From: the human T2T-CHM13v2.0 reference genome, Homo sapiens
DNA: 64,000 nt
Strand: one strand, 5' to 3'
NCBI RefSeq assembly: GCF_009914755.1
Contig: NC_060944.1
Below the pieces are notes generated by a model. That model was not told where the DNA came from. It made no database searches and saw nothing but the letters and a program-made list of their open reading frames with translations. Position numbers and translations under genes: made by a program. Shown one piece after another: positions 52,507 through 64,000 of this stretch. Every line of letters begins with the position of its first letter. Within the stretch, counting starts at the first letter, position 1.

Positions 52507-54680
52507 TACCTTATCTCGTTTCCAGATATCTGCCTAATTTCTCCTAGTTCTGGTGCTACATCCTCCTCTAACTTAGAATCACGCTTAAGTGCTATAGGCC
52601 AAGTATGTTGTGTGTTAGGGAGGAACAGAGTACTTTCTATTTGCATCAAAAGGGATTTTCATGATTAATGGCAGGAAGGATTTTGGTTTGTGGGTGAGGA
52701 GAGGGGGTGCTGAGAGGGAAGTCTGTCTTGATTCTAAAAACAGAGAATATTTCTAAAGTAAAATATCCCTTCTCATGTATGCCAGGGTCCTGGGCAATGA
52801 CAGCTCCAAAATATCAGCCACTTTCCCCTTTTTGACTGGGGCATGTCCTGGGACACTTCAGTGTGACCTCACATTTAGACACTCAGTGTCCAAAGGAGTT
52901 AATAAATAAGGCTTTGACATTTTCTCTAAATGTGATTGTGCGTACATGCATACTGTTATAGAGGTTAATGATGAATCCAAAGATGTCTATTTTACAACTT
53001 AAAACTTGTGTCCTTTTAACTGAACCATTCAATTTCCAATAAACCATGAAATAATACTATTTATAAATACATGTACTAATCTTATAAATATCACAATTTT
53101 CTATTGCATTGTATTATTAAAAGTGTTAGCAAGTTTAAGATAAATATTTAAAACAATTAGTAATTTTTTAAATAAAATGATAACCTTTATTTTTCAATAT
53201 TATAGGAACTTAAAAGAATGATGTATTTTAGGCTTTTCTTGACTTCTGGGACAACGCAATCTTGTCTGTTTCACTCAGGGAAGTATTCTTTCGGTATTGT
53301 GATGATAGGATTCCTAATCTGAAATCTAAACAATTTCTCCTAGAAGGTAATGAGGTTTTACACAAACCTTATTAAGTCAGTCCTTTGCTAATTGAATGTT
53401 TAAAATCTGGGGCCTACTGGGTATAACATTTATTGAGACAAAGTAATTAACATTTTCTTTCTTGATGCATTTCTTTCAATATTATGCTTAAAACCTCAAC
53501 ACATAGTAGAATGCTTAGCATATAATAGGAGTTCATAATAGCTATTAAAAACAAAGTATTAAGTAAGAGAAATGTGTTCTAGAACTGGCAGTCTTCTTGA
53601 ACCAAGAAAGGCTCAAGGGAAACAAAAGGAATCTCAACTATGTACCTCAGATTTCTGAGTCCAGAAGTTCATTTTCAGTGGCAGTACAAATGTGGGACAT
53701 TTTTGGTTAAAATACGTATTTTACTGTATAGGTCCACTGTGATTTTAAATGCCCTTATGTTGCTTAACAGACATTACTTATATCTACTTTACAATGTGCA
53801 CTGGGCTTCACAGCATTAAAGGTGGAATTGTTTTAAAAAGTAGCCTTTTAGTAAGTCAGATACATTATCGATATGCTTCCAAATACTTGGTCTAGGAGGA
53901 AAATAAGGGGAAAACATAGTGAGGATATATTGAAAAATATTTTTTTTCTCAGAAGAAAGGAGATACAGTTTACATAAATTTGAGAATTCGGCATTGCTTA
54001 ATTCTCCCTAATGTCTACGAGAACTTCTGCTTTAAAACCAGCCCCAAGAACACATTGGTCAGCCAGCTCTTGTGCTGAATCCCAGAATATTAAGAACCAA
54101 TTTAAATGCTTATTAAAATTATTATTCTTGTCTTACTTTTATATGTCTATTTTTCTCTATTCATAGATAGTCATCTCTATCTCAGTTACCTATCTAAATA
54201 AACATATACATGAAACCAAGCATAATAATGCCATACATAGAAATCTAAAACAAAGAGAAATTTTAAAACGATTATTTATATGAGAAAGAGTTCACTCGGA
54301 TATTGTTGCATTCTTTCGTGGTTGCTAAGTGCGTTTATTCCAGAAGGGTCTCCTATGCAGCAGGCCCTGAGGTAGGAGTAATAAGAATAATAAATACAGT
54401 TGAGGCAGAGATGTCGGGGTGATGCTCAGAGGAAGCCGATGTTGAACCAGGTACATTATAGAAATAAAATATCTAAAAAGGAGGAGAGAAAAACATTTTT
54501 AGTTTCAGCAAAATTGATGTAATTGTGAAAGAACACATTTTCCAAGAACACTGAGGACTGTGGGTGACTTGAATAGAGGATGGTTTTAATGGAGAATGTG
54601 AAAGAAGATGCTTTCAAATTAAATTCACACCAGATTTTGAAGGACCTGTGACCTGTGGTAAGGAATTTTGTAGTTTAACT

Positions 54681-55008
<328 letters not shown>

Positions 55009-55194
55009 TAGACTATTTCCATCATAAGCTTCATTAGTGGCTACCTTTTCACTGTTGAGTCCACAGTGATTATTCCAGGGCATTGCATGTTATAGATGCT
55101 TAATAAATGTTTGTTGATTGTATTGACAGATAGGTATTTTTAGAAAGAGGAGCAACAGGATCATATCTGTGTATTTAGTTAGTCAAGAAGAGAA

Positions 55195-55808
55195 AAATTC
55201 AGACAGCATATATGTAATGGGAAGGAGCAGTCCTCAAGCAATAAAGGTGGGAGGCGGGAGATAAATACCTCAGCTTCCCCACCCTTGTCAGCAGGAGTGA
55301 GCCCCAGATGCCCATGGTGGTAACATACAGTAGTCCCCTTATCCACAGTTTTGCTTTCTGTGGTTTCACTTACCCAGTCAACCAAGAGCTGAAAGTAGGT
55401 GAGTACAGTACAATAAAATTCTTCGAGGGATTACAGTCTCATGACTTTTGTGGTATATTGTTATAATTGTTCTATTTTATTATTGGTTATTGTTGTTAAT
55501 CTCTTACTGTGTCTAATTCATAAACCAAACTTTATCATAGGTATAACGTGTATAGAAGGAAACGGTGTATATAGGGTTCAGTACCATCCACGGTTTCAGG
55601 CGTCCATAGGGGAGACTTGAAATGTATCCATCAGGGATAAGGAGGAAGTACTGTATTTACCAACATGTCCTGTATTGGTTTCCTTTCTTTTCTGTTTAAT
55701 TTCCTTACTTCCCCAGGAATGCTTCCTGGGTTTACCTTACAAATAGACTTCCCAAACTTGCAATATTATATCTCAAGTTCTGCTTCTGGGAGAACCCCAT
55801 TCAAGACA
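55195..55808 (+). mobile_element. LTR16C-like ERVL LTR interrupted by MER44A
   Basis: ggagataaatacctcagcttcc...gagccccag ... tgcttcctggg...tctcaagttctgcttctgggagaaccccattcaagaca. Confidence 0.72.
55328..55653 (+). mobile_element. MER44A (Tigger-derived MITE)
   Basis: terminal inverted repeats cagtagtccccttatcc / ggataaggaggaagtactg, with TA target duplication on both sides. Confidence 0.88.
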
Positions 55809-55881
55809 GAGTCACATGGTCCTTATAACAGTCTACACAGAGATTATTAGGGCCTCATCTAAAACAGTGACCATGAAAAAA

Positions 55882-56457
55882 GTGGAAGGCAAAATTCTAA
55901 GATATTGCCCCAAATCCACATCCCCTGATGTCCACACATCTTCTCCAAGCTATTCAATCAAGCATTAATCTCAGTGCTTCTGTGAAGGGATATTGCAGAA
56001 ATAATTGAGGTCACGAATCAATTGACTTTAAGCAAGGGAATTATCACGAATGTGTCTGAACTAATCCCATGAATCCTCAAAAGTGATAGGCATCTTCCTG
56101 ATGAGACAGATTCAAGGCATAAGAGGGATTTGATGGGAGGGAGATTCTCCATTGTAGCTTTGAAGATGGAGGTGCCATGTGGCATGGATGGTGGGTCTCT
56201 AGGAGTTCAGTGTAGCCCACAGCTGATTCCAGCAAGGAAATGGGATCTCAGTTACACAGCAGCACTGGATCCTTCAATGGCCTGAAAGAGCACACAAGCA
56301 GAAACTCCTTCAGAGCCTTCAATGAGTATGACTCTGAGCAGAGGACTCAGCCAAACCATGCCCAGGCTTCTTACCAAGGGAAATGGTGAGCTAACAAATT
56401 ATCTTAAGCTGCTATTTTTTTTTGGTTATTTGCTATGCAACCATGGAAACTTAATAC
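55882..56457 (+). mobile_element. MLT1E-like LTR
   Basis: ggcaaaattctaagat...ctgtgaagggatattgcaga...gctttgaagatggagg...cagcaaggaaatggga...ctgagcagaggactcagcc...aaacttaatac. Confidence 0.8.
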
Positions 56458-56809
56458 CCCCAAAAATGGTGTTAGGTTTAGGATAGAGGTAGAAGTCAAG
56501 CCTTACAATTGCTAGAATTTGGTGGCTGATTGTGTCAAATGATTGAAAAGAAAAGAGGAATAATCTTAAGGTTCTAGTCTGAGTTCATAATTATGCCATT
56601 AATGAAATAGAAAATGTGTAAAGAGATTTTTTTTTCAGGTAAGAAGTGTTTTGTTGTTGCTGTTTTAGTTTGTTACTTTTGAGATGAAGCTGTCTAGTAA
56701 GCAACTAAAAATACAATCCAAAGCTCAGGAACAATTCTGGGTCTGAAGAACAAACATTTGGAAGTCATTGGCATATGTTTAATGTTGAAATCATGGAGGA
56801 TCGCCATAC

Positions 56810-57190
56810 AATGTGGCACATATACACCATGGAATACTATACAGCCATAAAAAAGGATGAGTTCATGTCTTTTGCAGGGACATGGATGAAGCTGGAAACC
56901 ATTATTCTCAGCAAACTAACACAAGAACAGAAGCCAAATATCGTGCGTTCTCACTCATAAGTGGGAGTTGAACAATGAGAACACATGGACACAGGGAGGG
57001 GAACATCACACACTGGGGCCTGTTGGGGGGTGGGGGGCTAGAGGAAGGATAGCATTAGGAGAAATAACGTAGATGATGGGTTGATGGGTGCAGCAAACCA
57101 CCATGGCACGTGTATACCTATGTAACAAACCTCCATATTCTGCACATGTACCCCAGAACTTAAAGTATAATAATAATAACAATAATAAAA
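56810..57190 (+). mobile_element. 5'-truncated L1PA (PA7/8-like) 3' end
   Basis: aatgtggcacatatacaccatggaatact...gggttgatgggtgcagcaaaccaccatggcacg...ccccagaacttaaagtataat; degenerate TSD aaatcatggagga / aaaccatggggga. Confidence 0.93.
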
Positions 57191-57607
57191 AACCATGGGG
57201 GAGGGTATCTGAGTATTTTGTGTAGATGTGTTCTTCACTGCTTAGTCCTTCTAAATTTTGGTAATAGGGCTTTCTTGACTGAGGAGAAATACAGAGTACT
57301 TATAAAAATGGGAATTTATTAGATAATGTGTTATCTTAAGATTGTATTCCATCTAATTTACAATAAAGTAATTTTTAATGTTCTGGCTTGTGAAGTAGGG
57401 TATGGATAGCAAATACATGGCACTAAAGCCACCATTCCCCAATTCTGAGCCTATGGCATTACTAATCAATTCAGTAATTTTCCCTTCAGAACCAGTATTC
57501 TTTCCAACCATGCTCTGGGCAGCAACGAATTGATTATAGTTCACACTCATTTGCAATCATGGGTTAGTTTCAAAACCGTATTCATTTAATAACAGATACG
57601 TTGAGTT

Positions 57608-57752
57608 GCTACTTGAGGGTGGAGGGTGAGAGGAGGATGAGGATCAAAAATGATTGCTTATTGTCTGTGTAATGGAATAAACTGTACACCAAACCCCTGC
57701 AACGTGCAATTTACCTATGTAACACACCTGAAACTAAAAGTTAAAAAAAATC
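57608..57752 (+). mobile_element. older L1PA (PA13-16-like) 3' UTR fragment
   Basis: ctacttgagggtggagggtgagaggagg...ctgtacaccaaacccc...tgcaatttacctatgtaaca. Confidence 0.8.
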
Positions 57753-59091
57753 TAAAATACATTTTATTTTGATTTTTCTTTAAAAATGATGTTTTCTTAT
57801 CTTTTACATATTGTTGAATGATATTAGATAGCCTCCTGAGGAATTTGTTAAGATGGCAAGAAGTGGTTCCTACAGGTGGTTTGGATATGAAACATTGCAA
57901 AGCTAAGTCGAAATAGCATGAAAAAAGTATAAATAGGAATTTCCTTTGATCCTTCTAATAAGGCTGAATGGTGTTGTGTCCACAGTTATTAAGTTCAAAT
58001 ATTATAATTTTTGATTCCTATACTGGAAGATAGGGGCAGTTCTTGCAGTTCCAAGAATGACGTTTTTATAACTCAGCTTTATGCTGAGAGCCAACGTAAT
58101 GCACAGGGATTGATCTCTTTCCAACCAAAAATGGGTAAGATTTGCACAAAGTCATGCATATCAATCATCCAATTGTTGTCTCATCCTGCCATCATCTTGA
58201 GAGACACTGAAAACTCTAGAACCACTGCCTGAGACACAATTTGTATGACCCAACCTAAGAAAAAAAAAGCTTAGGCAGCTCCATTTCTGGATCACAGGGT
58301 GTTAACATATTAGTCAACCCATAAAAGCTCCCACTGATTTATATGGAGTTGTAGCGTTGCGTCACAGGTGGAGGGGCCTAAATTGTTTTTGGAGAAATAT
58401 AGGGCTCTGTCTTCAGGATCATGACCCGTGAGTCACACCCAGGGCTCCCAAAGCCAAGGCCAGTGGGGACGTGGAAGAACTTGGCTTAGCCACAGGGATG
58501 TGACTCACTAAAAAAGATGAACTGGTTTTGAAAAGTAACAAGAACCACCTTCTATTCTCTACATACCTGCTTTCATTCCATAACTTAAAAAAAAAAGCAA
58601 ACTAGGAGTTTTATAAGTTTTTATCAGATATGTAAACATATTATTATTTACTTTTAGAATCTTGGTCAATTTTGCTGTTATAGAAGTGGTGGCCATAGCT
58701 ATCTTTTGAATAACAGGTTGACAAAATGATAATTGCATTACTTGAAGATAATCACTTGCCAAATTTATACAATAAGTTGACAAAGTTGTGACAAATTCAT
58801 AGGATGCGATATCCAGATTCAACTTTCTAGTCATTTAAGGGACTCTAATTAGTAATTTATGAAGGCTCATTAGCAGGAAGTTCAAGGTAATTGTTAACTT
58901 ACTGCTGTCCATGCAGTGACAGGTGATCTGAAAGCGGAGTGACATGACAAATGTGGACAGTGTCACATCATATCCTTATGTGGCAGGGAAAGCTTTCATT
59001 TCCCGAATAGGTGAGGCATATGTGTTTTGGGCTAAAACTATGATTCCAGGCCACCAGAATTCTTATTTCATCATTTTCAAAAATTAAGTTG

Positions 59092-59380
<289 letters not shown>

Positions 59381-59899
59381 ATTAAGTTGAAAACAATTTT
59401 AACATTTTAATATGTGAGCATCCATTTCTATGACTGCTGAATTTTATTCTAAGAATAGATAAAAAGTTAATTTCAAGTATCGAAAACTTGCCACTTTCTT
59501 TTTTCATGTTTGGATTACAGGCCTAGAAACTTCAAAATGTGGAAAACATAAGAAAAAAAAAAAACTAGACTACTGGGAAAATGAGAATGAATGGAGATGT
59601 ATCTGACGTTTTGGGAGCAGGCTAGATTCAGATCTTCTCTCCCTGTAGCTAAATTGGGTGGGCAGCTGGCCTCAAGAACAGTCCACCCACAACCTCCAAC
59701 TCCTGGCACGAACCTGCTTGAGCTTGGAAGACATTGTCGGCCCTAGATCCCACCCTGACTCCTGCATGTTCTGGACACCTCCATCACCACTGAGCAGGGA
59801 AGCATGTTCTTCCTTTCTCATTCATTTGCTTCCAAAAGAGGAGCTCTGATTTTCTTCTCTCTTGCAGTGCTTTTTCCTCTATATAGCTCTTAACCTCCT

Positions 59900-60430
59900 C
59901 TCATTCTCTTCATTCCCACCTGAAAGGTGCTAGTTCATGTGTCACCACCATCTTGCCTGAATGCCTGTTCCGGTGATCTTCTTGCTTCTACCATTTGCCA
60001 CTATAAGTCGTTCTACTCCCAGAAGCCAGTAGCATAGTTTCAGAAGGCTAACATAATAGTGTCTTTTCCTTGTGGGAAACCATCAGTGGTTTTTCACTCC
60101 CTTAAGCACAGCCAACAACGCCTTCAATGACCTGCTCCTTCAGCCACACTGGCCTTCAGACATGTCCCCAAAAGCACTCAGTTAGTTCTCACCCTGGGGC
60201 CTTTGCACATGCCACTTTCTGTCCAAGCTTGCAGACCAATATATGCTTTGGCACCAGCTCTCACAGAGCCTGCAGCACTTATGGCAAGGTGCATATGTTG
60301 TTTCCTGTCTGCCTTCCCAGTTAGACTTGAGGAGTGCTGTGAGGATGGGTATAGAAGAAACATCTGTTTTCCCAGGGCCCAGTCCAGAGCCCACCCCATA
60401 GTGGATGCTCAATAAGTACTTGCCAAGTGC
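59900..60430 (+). mobile_element. L2 fragments
   Basis: cagtggtttttcactccctt...tcagccacactggccttc...ggggcctttgcacatgc...atgctcaataagtacttg. Confidence 0.65.
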
Positions 60431-60735
60431 TTCCTAGAAATATGTTAACTGTTTCTTTCTGATTATTAGATTTTCTTATTTGATCTTTTCTGGCAAAGTG
60501 GTTGCTTCTGTATTTTCTTAGAATTCCATTTGTGTCATAAGTGATCTCTTCCCTACTTCATAGCCTTTATACGTGCTGGATCTCTCAGGACCAACAATGC
60601 TGTAGCTCTTCAGGCTAAGCAGTGAAGATGAGTTTCAGGGATTGTGAGTGTTTTCCCAGACCTTCTACAGACATTTGCATATGCATAGGCAAGTGCCTTT
60701 TGGGCCCTCAATAAATATTTGTTGAGGGAAGGACA

Positions 60736-60851
60736 GGTGGATTGATAAATGGATGGGTGGACGGATGAATGGTTGGGTGGATGAATGGTTGGATGGATGG
60801 ATGGATGGATGGATGGATGGATGGATGGAAGACAAATATACTGATGGATGG
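60736..60851. repeat. (TGGA)n microsatellite
   Basis: tggatggatggatgga... Confidence 0.9.
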
Positions 60852-61759
60852 TGTGCTGAAGATGTTGACAACTTCTTTAGTCTGTTTATCTCTAAACTCC
60901 TTTCCCCTCTGTGAATAACTTGTCAGATCCCTTTTTTGCTAGAGACACTGTCAAGGAAAGCATTTCCTAATGCTTGTAACACTGCTAAAGCAAGAAGAAT
61001 ATTGGCAGAAACTTCTATTTTCAATGCAGTTTTTAGGAAGGTTAATTACTTTGTGTTTCTGAAGATGTAAATGTTCCTCAAGGAAGAAATCTCTGAATAA
61101 AACTCAATGACAAGATCTTTATAATGGACTTCTGGTTATTGCTATGTGCAATGCCCTACCTATAACTCGCATTTTAATTGATGTATCCTGAGCAAGATTT
61201 GAAACAGATCTCTTTCCCTCTCTTCTAATTTTAATGAGTCTTCTCTAGCAAGCACCTATATCACCAGAGAGATTCAGAGAACCTCAGCATACTCTGGATG
61301 GGCCTCCCTCTGCAATTTATGATGAAGTCTGACTTCAGAGTGAGTTCGCAGCCTCCTTCCTGCCTCTCCTCTGGTTTCCAGGGTAGCAGACTCTTGTCTC
61401 CCTTCAGACCTGGGCTCCCCCAGCTCAGTCCCACTTGGCATTTCTAACTGAGGTTATGGATACACATTGAGCCCAGAACTCATTGCTTTTTTGGAAAAGG
61501 CAAAATAAGAGAGGGGATTTTCCATATTCACATTTTTCCACAGAAATGTATTCATAAGCTTTAAACTTGCCCAAGCTCTGTTAATGTATGTGGTTGGCTC
61601 CTGTGCCAATTTTCATTGTGAATAAGATGCTAAATAAAAGGGTTCTTGTCTTTCCCCTTTCTCCTCCCCTCCCATAATTTCAACTTCATAAACCTATTTT
61701 GTAAGTGAATTAGGTCTTAGGAGAGAATCAGAAACGATGTTGTTCTTTTAGCCGCTTAC

Positions 61760-61940
61760 AGTGTTTGCTTTAAACCCTTGATAGGAACATGGGCTTGTGA
61801 CAGCAGCGGCAGAGGTAAACAGATGACTTTATATATAATGCTTTTTACAAGGTGGTTCAGTTCGTTTCTAACCTTGGTCTCGGCGTCATGGAATGAGCCA
61901 GGGAAATTCCTCCCCTTAACCCTACCCTGCACGTCCTCCC
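61760..61940. promoter_or_regulatory. candidate enhancer (NF-kB, TEAD, FOX, CRE half-site and HRE motifs)
   Basis: GGGAAATTCC 61901-61910, TGGAATG 61889-61895, GTAAACA 61815-61821, CGTCA 61884-61888, GCACGT 61929-61934; locally retained CpGs. Confidence 0.35.
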
Positions 61941-62469
61941 TTCAAGGGCAAGAAAATGTCCATTTTGCCTTTGGTTTCACAGCTCTTTCTCCACAGTAGA
62001 GCTTGCATAATGCTATACCCCCCAATCCCAGAGAACCCCGGTAGTGTCACCAGGTATTTTTATTATTATCATTATTATTTTCATCAGGTGACTGTGAATG
62101 TTCACAATAAAAGTTGCAATTTTTATGAGCCATGAGCTGGCGTGTCCTGGCATGTCCTGGTTGTCAAGTTTCTGTGCATTTTGGTTCAAATGTTCCCTGC
62201 CTGTGTTTATTCCTGGTCAGACCACACCTCCTGGGACTGTCTTTGTGGCTTTTGCTCAGCTGCTGACTCAAGTTGCAGAAGACATGGGGAATAGTAGAGC
62301 AAGGTCTGCAAGATTCTGGCCTGAAGGAAAAGGCTCCATAGCTCTGCTTTTGAGCCATGGAAGCTGCCTGCCCCTCCCTTTTCCTGGAAGGTCCCATGAC
62401 TAGTTTCCTAATACCAACTAGTCAAGAATATGTAGGGCTAAAGGGACATTAATATTAACATAAGTGATA

Positions 62470-63020
62470 CAGTGAGGACCAGAAGCCTTGGATGTAAGGG
62501 AGAACACGTGAGCTTTCCGTCAGAGAAGACTAGGTTCAAATACCAGTCCTCCAAGGAAAGCCAGCTCCTTGCTGGGGACCTTGGGCTAGTGCTTAGTATC
62601 TGATTTCTTCATCTGGAAAATAGCTATAATAATGGAACCCATCTTAGAGGGTTGGTTAACACTATATGAAAAAATGAAAGTTCAATGCACAGTCTGTGAT
62701 CTGATATAGGTCAGGATGCAATATTGTTAATACTATTAGCTACTATAAATATTATTGGTAAGTAATAATTTCCTATAATTAATATAATAAACAATATTGT
62801 ATCAAAATTATCTAAATCATTAATACTGATAAGCAATAATTATTTACTGGTAATTATAGATATTAATATTACACATTGATTGATCTTGCAGAACCTCTTT
62901 TTCTTCATCTAGAAAGCAGAGATTAACATGGACATTGAAAAAAACCTCTGACTCTCTAGGGATTTTGTGAAGATGAATAAATGACTTTGAACAGTGCCTG
63001 GCCCTTTGCACAGTGCCTAG
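62470..63020 (+). mobile_element. two MIR fragments (about 62470-62740 and 62890-63020) separated by an AT-rich tract
   Basis: gactaggttcaaatacc...ggggaccttgggc...tttcttcatctggaaaatag; gggattttgtgaagatgaataaatga. Confidence 0.65.
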
Positions 63021-63169
63021 CCCTTCAGCCTGTAACAAGTGTTGCTGTTTTTAACGAGAGGTTAGTTGTCCTTCTCAGGCCCTCTGTAAAAGAATGTATT
63101 ACTTTGCTTTTCAGCCAGTGTGACTGTCTCATTCCAGCACTTCTATTGCTGTCTATAAAAGATGACTGT

Positions 63170-63580
<411 letters not shown>

Positions 63581-64000
63581 TCATGGGCCTGGTGACACCC
63601 AGCCATGAGGCTGGATGGGGGGCCCAGTCTCCTGGAGAAGATGATCCCTCGGCCTTGTATATCTCAATCCAGGCCCAAGGTCATGGATTCTTCCTGGCAG
63701 GCTAGGCTGATGGACTTGGTTTATGAGCTGCAGTCTGTGCCTAAAGACACCTAGGAGGAAGAGCTTAGCTGCTGAATGTACCTGGGGGACCTTCCCCACC
63801 TATGTTGTCTGCCTCAGTTGCCTCTTCCTTGGGAAGAGGTGCAGACAGAAGGTGGCAGACTCTGGGATAGATCCAGTAGAGCTGTAAAAAACAGGCTGGC
63901 TTGTGTCACAGCTTGCCTGTCCCTTTAAGCCAGGGCTTCTGGCAGACGGACCTTTGACAGTCTGGTGAAGCCTATGGATTCCTTCCTGAGGATAGTTTTA

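Noticed and set aside
52780-53270. Possible old DNA-transposon remnant
   Set aside because: I could not identify convincing terminal inverted repeats or a family match by eye.
62720-62875. Possible AT-rich palindrome
   Set aside because: The apparent self-complementarity is weak and explained by base composition.

Overview
This is simian primate (probably human) non-coding genomic DNA, intergenic or deep intronic, AT-rich and without a CpG island. I recognise no protein-coding exon, processed pseudogene, tRNA/rRNA gene or CRISPR array. The longer ORFs in the track come from purine/pyrimidine microsatellites, Alus or decayed L1 ORF2. Much of the window is interspersed repeats: Alu/FLAM, L1PA/PB/MA/ME and HAL1-like pieces, L2, L3/CR1, MIR, MaLR and ERVL solo LTRs (THE1B, MST, MLT1, MER21, LTR16, LTR41B), and hAT/Tigger DNA transposons (MER5, MER33, MER58, MER63, MER102, MER103, Arthur1, MER44). 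Family names come from recalled consensus sequences, not a RepeatMasker run, so subfamilies and old-element boundaries are approximate. I found no new biological system. The best-supported oddity is a single AluSc whose left arm is inverted inside one target-site duplication (TSD), a twin-priming signature (5936-6240). Others are a possible micro-inversion at an L1PA 5' end, a tail-less L1 fragment, close inverted Alu pairs, opposed long purine/pyrimidine tracts, a 66-bp tandem duplication, and several motif clusters that are unverified enhancer/CTCF candidates.
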